A stretch of 64,000 bases of DNA from Ascidiella aspersa (taxonomy: Eukaryota): assembly GCA_963924565.1 (NCBI GenBank), contig OZ004611.1, positions 7,874,001 through 7,938,000 of the forward strand, written 5' to 3'. Both the position numbers and the translations under genes were made by a program. The notes under the pieces were generated by a model, which was given only the letters and a program-made list of their open reading frames with translations, had not been told where the DNA came from and ran no database searches. Below, piece by piece: positions 1-12,830 of this stretch (position 1 is its first letter; the number at the start of each line of letters is the position of its first letter).

Positions 1-770
1 AATGCACTCTCCAGACTCATCTGGGATGTCACCAAAATTACTGGATGGTTACTGCAAATAATTATGAAGTGCAATACTTGCTTGGACTGCCATATTTCTG
101 CAAGCTCAGGTTTACAATTTATTAAATTGTAAAAAATCTGCCATCTTACAGCTAAAATACCAAATGCATTTTCCACTACTCTGCGGGCCCTACTTAAAGT
201 CTCTATAATTGAATATATTTTTTTCCTTTGTTAGAAATCTTCCAGGATTCTTTGTCCTATTTAAGAATTGAAAAGAAAACCTCCATCGCTATGACGACCA
301 GAGTCCCCAATGTCAACCAAAATAAATCTGTAGTGTGTGCATCATCACACACAGCCAACAAGACAATTGAAAAATAACCCTTATAATTAAAATACTCTGA
401 TCCACTATGTGGTGGACATTTTATTCGAATATGCTTTCCATCAATTGCACCACAATACAATTTGGAAAGTTCCAAAGAGTTTCAAATTCAGAAGCAATTT
501 TGATCCACTCTTTCTGGTTTGGTGGTTTTAAAACTTGTCTGCCAAGGACATTCCAAAGTGCTGAAAGGGTTTCTCTAAGGATTTTCCCAATAGTTCAATG
601 ACCTACTCTAAAAGAGTATGACAACTGCTTTTGGGAAGATCCCGTTGCCAGATACCTGATGAATTTATATTATTTAGTTTTTAATTGTTTGATGTCATAC
701 CTGATAGTCAATACAAGCCTCTGTTTGGGAGTTACTGGTTTTCGATTCCAAAATATAATTAAATTGATCA
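1..770 (-). pseudogene. PIF/Harbinger DDE transposase (HARBI1-like) remnant, running off the window edge
   Basis: Minus-strand motifs [63 protein letters not shown] and RARRVVENAFGILA.RW. A short intron lies near 660-700; frameshifts and an internal deletion are present. Confidence 0.9.
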
Positions 771-1369
771 GGGTTCATTCGCATATATTGCCTAAATTTT
801 TCTGGATTTTTTTTCGCAAGTAGTTTGTCCACAAGAAGAAATTCTGATTGACTATCTCATCGGCCCAGAATTCTCTGCTTACAAAAAAACTGTTTTTTTG
901 TGAAAAACGATAAACTTTATTTACTCAACATACCTGGCTTCGTTTGTTTTCATGAGACTACACAAACAAGCTGCTTCTAGTTGAACCAACACAACTTTTT
1001 CACGCAATAATTGCATTTGCGATTGATAGGATAAAGACATTTTTTATGTAAAATATAAAGGTGTGTTTACTTTTTTATAAATGTATGACTATTAATCAGT
1101 TGTTGACAATACAAGTTGTAAATACTTTTTACCCTGTTTGTTGGTCCTGTGCTATTATTATGCTTGGTTAAAACTAAATACAAGTCAGACCATGAATTGA
1201 CTAGCCTACTTCACTCCCGACAAAGTAGTCGTTAGCTCGTCTTAACTCGTCGTAAGCATCGCTAAAAACAGCCGCTCTGCGTATCCTCTGACGCAGTGGG
1301 CATTGGCCGTCGTTATTAACGTTCGTCGTTGTCGGATCAGAAGGTCCTAACGACGAGCTTACGACGCCA

Positions 1370-2615
1370 GAGGGAATCGGGCTTTAGGGATTGGGATCGT
1401 GCGTGCTCTTCTGTGTATAGGCGTTCTTCTGGCCCAGAGCCACACGTTGAAGTGAGCCGCCTTGCTTTTCTTGGATCTTTTCCTGAGGTCGGCCACCGTC
1501 CGGCCCCGCTGCAGTATCTCGCATACTGCCTAAGCATCTCGCTACCTCTGCCTCCCCTATTTTTAAAGCACCTCTTTGGGGGCTTCTCCCATCACTCTTA
1601 GACTCTGCTGAAAACATCCCTCCAAAAAGGGGTGCATAATTCCATCAGCATTTCCTTTGTCCGACTTCCAATCGCCAGATATTGCCTGACGTACTGCCTC
1701 AGTCCGGTTGCTTGGGTGTATACCTCTGTCTATATACGCACCCTCCTTTTCGACCCTTTTTGAGTTCGCAGAAGCGGTGCTACGTACGGACCTTTGGGTT
1801 TCCGCGTGGCGAGTGCTTTATTAACAGCACTTTCCGCACATTCGAAGGACACGATCTTGGGACTCCACCGGGAAAACCATTCCGCCCCGGCTTTCTCTGA
1901 GTCATTACTCGGGCACCCGTCTGGCTTAGGATCATGGACAAAAATAATTCCCCGAGCATCTGCTTGTACTTCGGGCTCCTCTTTATCCCCTTCACCGCAT
2001 TCAACAAGCAGCCAAAGCATTTATATTTGGAACCTTTGCTGCCAGAAGCGAGACTTCCAGCAGCGCCATCTGTCAAAGCTCGTCGAGAACCCACCCCTTT
2101 GTCGCGAATACGTCGGCATCGCAGACGCATGAAGGCCCTCGCCGTGCTTATACCACCTCTCTCATGCACCCTCCGAGCGCTCGCATGTCCTACATCGAAA
2201 GGTTACCCTCTCGGTTCCACTTTTCGGTTGCTCAGGAGCGGGGACATCAAGTCCAGCCGCCCCGTCGGATTTTGTTTTAATTGATTTGTTTTTCATATTT
2301 CATTTTTGCATATAAAGCACGTGCGCTTCGCTCACTTCACCGTTCTTACCATTATAATTGCCTCTTTACGCACGATCCACTTGGATCTTCCGGACTCTCA
2401 ATTTCTCTGCCATTAGAGTTTCACCACAAGTGGCTATTAATTACACGGACCGCTTCGAGAAGGCTGCGCTTGGCTATCCTAAATCTAATCAAACATTTCT
2501 CTCTACCCCCTCAAGTAGTCTCTATCTCCCGCAAAGATTCATAGGCGGAGAAAATTATCGAGAGCCTTTTTAAGGCGAGCTGAAGCCAACTCGTCCTCCA
2601 GCAGATTAGTGCCCC
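1370..2615 (-). mobile_element. R2-type non-LTR retrotransposon, 5' fragment (5'UTR, C2H2 finger, Myb domain, start of RT), degraded
   Basis: GC-rich island. Across minus frames: FRCRTCERS (zinc finger), KGWVLDEL.QMALLEVSLLAAKVPNINAL..LNAVKGIKRSPKYKQML (R2 Myb-like), FWRDVFS, TAAGPDG, FNVWL and ARTIPIPK (RT domains 0-1). Confidence 0.8.
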
Positions 2616-3124
2616 CATAATAAAAAAAACATATATATAGTCTTTATACAATTTGTTATAATGCCGTACGTTTCTGAATGACATTTTTTTGCTTCATCAT
2701 TTATTTTTAAATGTCGCATTCACAACGAAACAGTGGATGAAATAATAATAATATTATTATTTTTTGTTAATATCGGGGGGATCTAAGCCTTCTCCGACAT
2801 TGCTTTTAGTTGTCGTAAGATCCAAACAAAACCACAAATACTATAGCTACGCGAAAAGCATCATCAGTTCTGCTAAGATTATGCAAACACAACGAAATAT
2901 CAAAGTTATAAAAACTATTTACAAGTCTAAAAAGCCAAGACCAGAATTGCAATACAGTTCAGTCCAGGTGTAAACCGATAGTGAAGTTAAAATTGCAACA
3001 GAAAGAACAGCTATAATAAAAGGAATCGCAATGCTTGAAGCAAAATAAATGAGATCGCGAAAAAAGTAGGTCAAAGTAAGAGATAATAGCTAATATTGAT
3101 GGTTAGTAGCTCCTGTTTTGTTTA

Positions 3125-3960
3125 ACCAAATATCCTCGGCTGGGCCATTTCGGGTTGTGCAACAAATGTTAGGCGTACATTGTAACACACTCGAGCATGT
3201 TTTTTTTTCCTAGTACATTACTGTGATGTTTGGGCAGCTTGGTCGTTATTGTCTGAAATGTCAAACTTTTTCCATTGGTTTCTATGTGCAATCCATCTGG
3301 TCGAAAATTTATTTATTGTTTGGCCGACATAGTGGTTTTTACATAATTAACATCTCGCGACATAAATACCGCAGTTAGCGCTTATTAGATTGCGTTAAGT
3401 CTGATATATCCTTGTGGGGTGTACAGCGCTGTTTAGAAGAGTTAACCATTGAAACTTTATATTTTTCATAATTGCCGCACAAAGCACATTTTCCACATGG
3501 GCCCGACTTTCCATCATCAATATTTTGGCTGTTACATGCTAACTGGCGATAATTTGTAAAGATTACTCCCGAGTGTTTGCGGGTTTTTTATGCGTTATAG
3601 TTGTTGAGAAGTTAATTTCCTTTCTTTAACCGACAGCATTAGTATCTTGGGAAACTGTTATATATTTTGCTTTTCTTTTTTCGGTGGACCGAAACGGTCT
3701 TTCCAGGAACACTACTAAGCCTTCTGGGTGAAACATCTACCATGTTTTTAGGAAAACCTGAGTTTTTCGCTACTTTCGTTGAAGTCGGAAAATATTTTAA
3801 CCAAAAACTATAGATTTGAAAATCGACATCGGGTGGTGTGTGATGTGGCTTGTAGGAAGCACCTATCTCGTGCTGTTTCTTCGGTGAAATCCTTAGTTGT
3901 AAAACCGTCTGGTGTAAGATTCAAGAAACTCTAACTGACCTTGTTTTTATTTGGTAGAAA
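3125..3960 (-). mobile_element. Penelope-like retroelement 3' fragment (RT C-terminus, Cys-rich linker, GIY-YIG endonuclease)
   Basis: Minus-strand LEFL..GFTTKDF..TA..CFL..SH, linker GPCGKCALCGN, and GIYVARC.LCKNHYVGQTINKFSTRWIAHR (GIY-YIG signature). Contains stops and frameshifts. Confidence 0.85.
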
Positions 3961-4520
3961 TTTGTCTAAACACCAATTAATTAATCTCAGCAGAACTGAC
4001 GATGCTTTCACGTAACTATATAGTATTTTTCTTTTGTTAAATAAAGTTGTTTTGGATCTTTTGTTCGTTCAATTGTTTGGTGCAAATGAGCGTAGAACGC
4101 AAGTGTGTTAGATTTTAACTTCGTAGACACGTCCTATGGTATATTAGGTAAGTTATTTTTTAGTTCTGCAGTTTTACATGGAATTGGTTTATCATTTCTT
4201 ATTTGTAAAATCAAAATGACTTTTCACCTGCAAAATTACATTTCGTTTAGGTGGGTGGCATTTTTCTTTTTTTTAATTAATATTCTATCTGAAACCAAAA
4301 AAATGGTATAATTTCAAAGCTCTAAAGTATGCAGCAGGTATTACACATGTCTGTTCGAATACTTGAAAGCTGGAACAGGGTTGCCACAAAAGACATTTTT
4401 TAGATATTTAAATTGAAACACTCGGCATAAGTCGGAGGTCATTTTAAAATCAAAACAGCATAAATCAGTATGAGTAACATTTAAACTAACCCTTGCTAAT
4501 CCGTAGTTGCTAATTATTAC

Positions 4521-4907
4521 CAGTGGTGGGATTCAGCCGGTTCGTACCGGTTCTATAGAACCGTCTCACGAAATTTATGAGATCAGCGAACCGGTTAGCA
4601 CTACTGGTTACTGTCAATGGATTTTTGCAACTTATTCCATATTGTTTTTTGAGATCCAAGCGGCTTACGTTTTTTTTTAAATGTGCAATACATTTTGTTA
4701 ATTGTTGCCTCATAAGTACAAGTCATGAGACGACTACTGCTTTGTAGTGTGGCTGTTAGCAGCGATTGGATTCAGCCGGTTCGCAGTTTGCAACATTCGC
4801 TGGAACCTGGAGTATCTTGTTTTTGCAACTACTTTTGTAACAGAACCGGCTGAAATATATGACTTTTTTGATGGAACCGGCTGACAAAAAATTTGAATCC
4901 CACACTG
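4521..4907. mobile_element. Non-autonomous hAT-like MITE
   Basis: Termini CAGTGGTGGGATTCA...TGAATCCCACACTG with internal GAACCGG/CCGGTTC repeats; no convincing TSD. Confidence 0.65.
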
Positions 4908-5059
4908 GAGATAATCAAACTACCAGAGTCTCGAGTCTGACATGCGCAGTACCCCATTTTTAAACTGATATCCGCATATGGTGGAATATTTTCAAACCAT
5001 GTATTGTGTGTGATTGAAATATACATCCCTATAAAGTGGATTGAATATTCATGTTATTT

Positions 5060-5345
5060 TCTTAACCTGGGTAAATTTACCCCTGGGGGTAAATTAGCTA
5101 TCAATCAAAATATCATCAGCTGACGAGACAGAAAAATAGTGCCAGCTGTAAGCATTGGTAGCATAGTTTCCTAGAACTGCTTTTCTGAAGCTAGCCTATA
5201 TAGTACCCTACTGATTTTTTATCGCCTTATCGATAACGTTATGCTTCGCTAATTGATCATTTTTTAGCTTTCTGTTACTTCATTAATACGTCATTTACTT
5301 TTTGAATCAGGTTCTTCGGCAGTCACGACGGCATAGATTAAGGCA
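5060..5345. repeat. Dispersed repeat, second copy at about 46637-46900
   Basis: Shared blocks TTCTTAACCTGGG.TAAA, CATCAG.TGACGAGACAGAAA and GTGCCAGCTGTA in both places. Confidence 0.65.
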
Positions 5346-5619
5346 GTGGTCTCCCAAGTGAGGTCGCCTAAAATATTTGTGGGGTCGCCAAACTCACCAT
5401 ATTCGTAATAGTACGATTTGTGTATTTAGTTTTCTTTACAATGAGGTATAAAAATTGCTGGTACATTTGACAAAATTTGTATTTTTTGATTTAGCGCAAA
5501 TGTCGCACTTTTTCTAAAACCACACCAAGTTACATCAAGTGTGTCAAACGTAGACAGTAGAATAAGGTGTGTAAAATCGTCCATTTGTAACATCATAACA
5601 AATGCTTTTGATTTCTAGT

Positions 5620-5885
5620 AAATCGCTATGCAGCTACAAGAGAACACACTAAATAAAATAAGATTGGTCTCCTCACTCATCTGATTAAGAAATTTCCAGC
5701 GAAATGACTTTTTCAAAGCCTAATATTCGTCAAAATATGTTGACATTTTACGCGTATAACTATACGAACTGAGAAAGTTTATAAAAATCGCTATGCAGTG
5801 AGAACACACTAAATAAAATAACATTGGTGTCTCACTCATTTGATTAAGAAATTTCTAGCGAAATGACTTTTTCGAAGCCTAATGT
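5620..5885. repeat. About 180-bp tandem repeat (about 1.5 units), inverse of the 16630-17383 array
   Basis: AAATCGCTATGCAG..AGAACACACTAAATAAAATAA..CTCACTCAT.TGATTAAGAAATTTC.AGCGAAATGACTTTTTC.AAGCCTAAT occurs twice. Confidence 0.8.
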
Positions 5886-8844
5886 CGTAGCTAGAAGAGA
5901 TTAAAACCGTGTTTTTGATTAGTTATTGCACCACAAAGGCCTTTTAAATGAACGCTATTAACCCCAATGTAAAACAATAGCCTTGCAAGTGGGTCATGTA
6001 TTTAATTATATGCTAAATTTATGACAAAACTGTTTTGCTGATCGATTATGTCTGAATTGGTAATTCAAGGTTTTTGGACAATTTCCTAATTCGGATTCCC
6101 AAGAATGTTAGGAACCAAAATACTTTTCTGCTTAAATCTTAGAATGGGATTATACGATTTATGCAGAAAGCTTTTCAGGATAATTGAAATAGGGTTTTCA
6201 AAACTTTAAGTCTATAAGCTTTCAATTTTTCTTAAAGAATCACCACCCTTTTCGTTTTACAGAAATGAACAAAATTCAATTCTTCATGCAAAAGCAGTTA
6301 ATGTAGGCCAACTCGTCACCCCTTAAACACTTTTCCATGACCCAAAGATTGGACAGCCCTGATTTAAACACTATATATAGTGCTATCAAACAAACTATTT
6401 TTTTTGTACATTTATCTCCTGAAAATGATGAATAACACTTCCGTATTTCTAATCTAGAGAAACAAGTCGGTACGTTAATTAAATATCTGTGGTGGGGGGT
6501 GACTTGTGACCCGCGTGTCAGTTGTTTCCCATCCCTGGCATAGGTCATTCGTCCGAATTGCAGTGTTTTGCCTAAACTTAATTTGAGAATACACATTTGT
6601 TTTATAATTTAGTTTAGTAGTAAGAACTTTTATATATATATTCAACACAATTTGTATCCCAGCTGTGGACTCTTTTTTTTGTATAGCTTATTTTATTTGT
6701 TTGCATACTAAATATATTAGATTGTTCACATCATGGGTGGATAAATGTATTCAATAAAAGTACCAGAGAGGCTCAAAATTATTTCAATACAAAAACAGTA
6801 ACTAATAAAGGAAGTTCAACAATAACAACAGAATTGTAACATAACAAAACGATAAACGGTACTATGATTCGACTACCACAAAAAACGTGCCAGTGAGCCG
6901 CATACGGCTTGCGAGAGCCGCAGTTTGCCCACCCCTGCTTTATATCATGCAGTTTTGATTACATTTGGTACTATAAACTGTGATAAACGGAAATGACGTG
7001 TTATAATCAAATGAAGGTACAAAGCTTTCTTGGTTGGAATTTGGTAATGTCTTCTTTCTGCCTTCACCTTGAAATGCATAAAAATAAATAATGTAAAAAA
7101 AGGAAATGTAATATTTTGCATTTGAAAACAGTTTATTAACATTATTAGGAAAAGGTGCATTATTTTATCCACAACAAAAATATTTTTGAATATCCATCTA
7201 CTTAAGTTAAGGTTTCCTATTGAATTAATCACTGGAACTACTACATACAATCCATTGGCTACAATATACTCACATTTGAAAGCCCTTGCAACTATAACAG
7301 TGTTGTTGACTTTACCACGATGAATTGTGTCTCAGAGTACTCTTTTGGTGTGCTTTTCTAATCTAAAATAAAAAACAATACATTTTATTTAAAATTTATT
7401 AAGTCAAATTCGGCAAGATATTTCACATTTCTTCTATATTACTTTTTCTAATAATGCTTTTTGTTATACATGGCAAAATTTTAAATCATACAAAAACATT
7501 ACCTAGTGTTACGTGCTTAATTAGCACTACAAAATTATCACCGGTTGCTAATTACGCCGACTATAAATTCTAACATTCATTATTAATTTTGCGCCTTTTG
7601 TTTTATATGTAGGGCTAGGAATTAGGTTTTCGCATTTCGAGACATGTATAATTATTGTATATTAACGTAATATTCTTGTGCGCTGTGGTGTTCGCCGTTA
7701 ATTGGACTTTAGACATGTTTTTTTCCTGTCTCCAAACATTTCTGCAAATCTCACAATCATTTATCGCTTGTTTTCCGGCGCGGTTTAACTTCTCACTAAA
7801 AGGTCCACCCAATGTTATCTTTCCACGAAACGGCGCGTCGGTTCCCGTGAAAAGATTACGAGCGGCTCACCGCCTACAGCGAGGATAGACGTCTGGGTGT
7901 AGCCTTGTGAAATTAGCGAGTAAAACCTTAAGCTTCATTATGCTCTGTCTGTCGCTATTGTAAGTAATTGTGTGTGTCTAAGTGTCATTATTGTTTGTGG
8001 TGTGGTAATATTCTACTCTTGCAACCAATACATCTGTACATTGGGTTTTCTTGTTGTGGTCTTTAATATAAGTTCTCTTTGGTAGGTTATTTATTGCCCG
8101 AAAATTAAGGACTCACAGCGACTTTAGGCCTAGGTAATTTTCTAGAATTACTAGTAAAGTCGTAACACCTAGGAAAAAAAACATTGCTTTAAAAAAATTT
8201 TTTTTACCCCAACTTAGACGATGCATCATGATAGGTTATTTTATCTAACAATATTTCATAAAATATAAAAGCCTTAGGCTTGCAACCATCCTAAAATATC
8301 CCTTAACATCTAATTTATTTAGGTCTTCCATAGATTTACAATAATTTTGACTTTTTGAATCCTTTACTTTAAATTCCATTTCTGAAAAAGTTTTTGGATA
8401 CAAAAAAACATCAAATAATTTGGTTGCTCGATATTTATAGTTACAAAATTCACTTTCAAGGTTCAAATGAACTGTCAAATTAAACTTAAACAAACATGAT
8501 TGTTTCCTATTTACAAAAAGCAAATGCCGACAACAACTTGATGTTTTCTGCGATTGAGTGTGGTGTTTCAATTATTGTTCGGATCCGATTGGTGCTCTGC
8601 ATGTTTTTCTTCTATGGAAAATTTAATGCTTTTACTAAACTGAATTTTTTTGACGTTAATCTACTCATATAGAATATTTCGCCGCTTTCGTTTAATGACA
8701 GTTTGCTTATCTGAAGATTTTCCATAATCACTGTTACATCTTTTTGAGGGTGTATTTTCAACAGAGGTTTGACAATTTTGTAAATCATGCGACAAATTCT
8801 GTGTTGGTAAATCTTTACAAAGATTTGTCAAGTTGACTTCCCTT

Positions 8845-9600
8845 TTATAAAAAAACACATAAGAATTTTTTAATGTAGTTTCTTCAATTTCAGTCCCAGC
8901 AACTACTTTAACACTTTCATCATTAAATTCAATAATCTTATCACCATCAAAACTAAAGGTTACATAATGACCAACAGAAAAACACTTGTGCCTAAATGAA
9001 CAATGATACTAGATAAATTGTAAACATTTTCCGAATTGTCATTAACTTTGATACTTTTATCAGGGACAACTTTCTTAACATTTTTCGAACCAAATCCATT
9101 TCGCCCAAGAACTAGACAAATTATGTCGTGACAGCTTTTTAGTACCAATATCATAATGCTCGTTGCAAACAAAACAGGACAAATCAACATCTTTAAACCC
9201 TCGATCCAAGTAGGAAGTCAAATTTGAATTTTCGATTTCACCAGGAAACATAGGGATAGTGTAAAATGCTGATTTGAGCTAGTCACAGTGTTTATGTTTT
9301 GGCAAACTTCACATGTTCTAGATGTTTGTATCTTAAACAAACTCTTTAAACCACACTTGTCCAAAATGTTTGAAAAATTACACAGCAACATAAATTCACT
9401 TATCAAATTGTTCACAATATTTTAGATGTAAATCTGCACTAACTGCATAGTACATTTCCTTAAACTTTTAAATTTCAATTTTATCACTTGTGTTATTGGT
9501 AACCTCGTAAACATGATCAGATGGGACAACACTTTTGACAGCCTGCAAAAAACTATTTAACCAGCAATTATTGGCAAAATTTTGGGAGGCCAATTGCAAC
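8845..9600 (-). other. Ubiquitin-specific protease (peptidase C19) domain, degraded
   Basis: Cys box GLPNFANNCWLNSFLQ after correcting one frameshift; fingers TCEVCQ; His box YNLSSIIVHLG..GHYVTF..IIEFNDESV..YVFFYKR. Confidence 0.88.
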
Positions 9601-9669
9601 AGATTTTGACGATTTTAAATAATGGGAAATATTGGGGTCGCACCTCATTGAATCCTGTATAAAACAATA

Positions 9670-10020
9670 TAATACCCACATTCGAAAGCAAGTTTGATTA
9701 AAATTAGTTTGATGACCAATAACGTCACAACATATTGAATCAACAACAAAACAAACCAAACTCCACAACTCAAATCATCCGTTTGATCGACCTTCTTAAC
9801 TGGTCTTCCTGAGAATCAAAATCGCCGGAGTCCAACAATGTTAAGGTAACTTTACTTTTATTAAACCAAATGACCAAAAAATGATTATTTCTCAACAAGG
9901 GTAGAAAAACATTGGTTTTAGAGCTGTAATTAAGTTAGGATTCGACCAACCACTATACTATCCAAACAACCAAATTCTTGCGTTGCAGTCAACAACTTTA
10001 TCTGTAAGCCAGCCTATTTT
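9670..10020 (-). other. Ulp1/SENP-type (peptidase C48) cysteine protease domain, degraded
   Basis: WLTDKVVD (about 10000-10011), VFLPLLRNNHFLV (catalytic His), LTLLDS (Asp) and QTDDLSCGV (oxyanion Gln, catalytic Cys, about 9759-9785), in C48 order. Confidence 0.75.
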
Positions 10021-11400
10021 AAAAATTTGACCACCAATAGCTGAAAGCATTGCACGATAAGTTTTACCAACAGGGTTTGTACAAAGAGAACACAAATCAA
10101 ACCATGATAATGATTCATTATTGCCAGTGACTAGTGTGCTATATCGTTAATGCAATTCTTAAATTGCACTGATGCCAAAATAAAACTCTATAAAAATTGC
10201 ACTGATGCCAAATAAAACTCTATGACATTTTTTGATCTCATTTTCTCCCGGGATAAAATTAAAATGCTGTATTACTTGAGTTGGTGAAAGCATTTGCTTG
10301 GGGTGTGTGTGCCCTGGCTTCAAAGTTGTCTGGGTTTTCATAACGAATTTTTTTGGCATACTTATCTGAAGAATAATAACCTTGCTATTACATTTTCTTT
10401 TTTTAAATTTAGATTGAACCACTGGAGTTGAATGAATAGTCTCATCAAAAATTTTTGATATTTTTCGACTTTTGGGTTTATTTGAGCCTAATAATATGGA
10501 ATCTGCAAACATTTTTTCTTTTACCTTGATTGCGGCATGATAATTTACAACAAAATCGTCAATCCTAGTAATTCGTTTTCACATCTCTAAAGTGCCCTTC
10601 AATTACACCCTGTGTTAAATTGTTCTGTAGGATAGTTTGAAAAGAGGTTTGTTGTAAAATGTTACACTTTGTTTTAAAGGTCATATATATACCAATTAAC
10701 TTGCCCAGGAGTTGATTTCCCTTCAACTATGTGCCGTGACAAATCCCCAAGCATCAATTTAGAGGTGGAGCATATACGACTAAGAATATGATGAACAACT
10801 TTGGTGCAAAACCCTTGATCAAAATATACATTACTTGGAGATTCTATGTTTGCTGCAGAGTGGAAATGATAAATATCTGAATGCGCTTTTTAAAGCAGAT
10901 AAAAAAGGGGATTTTCCTTCTACAGTTTCGTCCAATGCCTTACTACAAAACATAGATCTAAGTTGTCTCCTGTTGAAAATCGGGGTGGAGCTAATTTGGA
11001 AAAATGCCTCTCAACATCAACTGAAGTATGTTTACAATTAGTTAAAACAAAAAAGCTGTAAACAGTTGAAAATAACATTTAAAATATATAAAAATGTGCA
11101 ATAGTTGGTTTTATTTGTTACATGTTTGATACGATTTAGCCCGCTCTCATAGTATGGCTATAACAGTTATGAATCACAGTTTTTTCCATATCTGTTTTAT
11201 CGGGAGTGCCACATACAATTCTAAAACAACGTTGTCTCTTGGCACATGGAATGGTTTTTAGCCTCATGACATTCTCGCAAAACAGAAAACAAAAAACTTT
11301 CTAAAAAGTGACTTATACTAATTGAATCATGACATGTGCTGACAAATTAGAAACCGGCAGTGGGACACCTCCTTTCAATGGATTTCTAATTAACAAAGTA

Positions 11401-12125
11401 TATACACTTGAAAGTCAATAAAACAATCTGTCCTACGCAAACACTGCCAGTTGCATCTAAATAAACAATATATTTTTGGCAAATTTCGAAATAAATTTTA
11501 CAACCATTGGTGGCGTTAGACGAATTTCCCTAACAAAAGGACGCCAGTTTTTACATAACCAGGTTGAAATACCAGAGTTTACTTATTTTACTTTTAATGT
11601 TATGAAGGACAGATTGCGATGGTAAATAAGTGTGTGATCCCGACAAACGCTCCCTCCGGTGTGAGTTTTTCAAATAAGTCCCTGTGTTGCTGTACAGCTG
11701 TTTGAGCCTGTAGAGAATTTTCTAGTTTAGTTCGGAATACCCCTGTAACTCGCCTACGCTTTATACACTTGAAAGTCACTAAAACAATCTGTCCTACGCA
11801 AAAAACTATTTTTGGCAAATTTCGAAAGAAATTTTAATCTGGGGATTTGAGTACAAAACAACCATTGGTGGCGTTAGTCGAATTTGCCTAACAAAAGGAC
11901 GCCAATTTTTACATTACCAGGTTGAAATACCAGAGTTTACTTATCCTGTGCTTTAAATTTGATTTACTTTTAAGGACAGATTGTGATGGTAAATAAGTGA
12001 AGTGTGTGATCCCGACAAACGCTCCTCCGGTGTGAGTTTTTCAAATAAGTCCCAGCGTTGCTGTACAGCACTTTGAGCCTGTAGAGAATTTTCTAGTTTA
12101 GTTCGGAATACCCCTGTAACTCGCC
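11401..12125. repeat. About 360-bp tandem duplication inside the DDE coding region
   Basis: TATACACTTGAAAGTCA.TAAAACAATCTGTCCTACGCA at 11401 and 11762. The peptide RRVTGVFRTKLENSLQAQ appears twice in the ORF track. Confidence 0.9.
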
Positions 12126-12689
12126 TTGAAATGTTTTTATATGTGCTACTCCATCCCTCCCGACTAAATAATGGCTTGAAATGTTTGTTGGTACACAGCA
12201 AGAATAATTTTCCCTTAACATTTTTAAAACAACTTCTCTATAGTAATCGGTGCCAAAATTATGTTCTGATCTATTTGTAATCATCCTCTTCCACTCATCA
12301 TCACTTTTTTAGTAAGTTTAAATGATTTTAAGGTCGCTTGAGAAATTTGAGCCAAGTCACATATAATGTTTCATCATTTATCCAAGATGGTGATGTAATA
12401 TTGTCATTATTAATGGAACCAGTGGAAGAGGTGGAGGATGTAATATCAAAAGATAAAATGGATTCATTATCAATTTGTTTTGGGCTCATGTATAATACCT
12501 GATTAGCACTTACTGGAACTCGTTTGTCAGGATCACAAATTTCTGTTACCTCCACATTGTTTACTTTGTCATGGCCATTTAAAAATGTCAAAGTATCATT
12601 TGGGGTCTGAAAACCATGAATAGGTGGGTGATAATAAACTCTACCTGGAGTTGCATCATTAGAAACTTTTCCCTCGCACACCAAATCTA

Positions 12690-12830
12690 AATATTGCCAC
12701 TTTGACTCAGGATAACTACCTGGTGAAGAGTGTTTAAAAATACATGGTGGATGAAACCAGTTCTCACAGGTTGAGCATTCAACCAGGAGGTCACCCTCTT
12801 TATAAGGCTTTTGGCATAAACAATACAATA
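12690..12830 (-). other. PHD finger (Cys4-His-Cys3 type) within ORF 12328-12951
   Basis: YCLCQKPYKEGDLLVECSTCENWFHPPCI...DLVC. A degenerate paralogous copy (VECCKDWFHPPYIFK.SSPSQY.ESKWQH) lies at about 13150-13240. Confidence 0.85.

Noticed and set aside
1329-2573. Plus-strand ORFs in the GC-rich island as genes
   Set aside because: They are antisense shadows of the minus-strand R2 fragment.
2764-3120. Hydrophobic minus-strand stretch resembling a membrane-protein (GPCR-like) remnant
   Set aside because: Multiple stops and no diagnostic motif.
3125-3960. Naiad/Chlamys-type (selenoprotein) Penelope element
   Set aside because: The endonuclease is C-terminal to RT here, whereas that group has it N-terminal.
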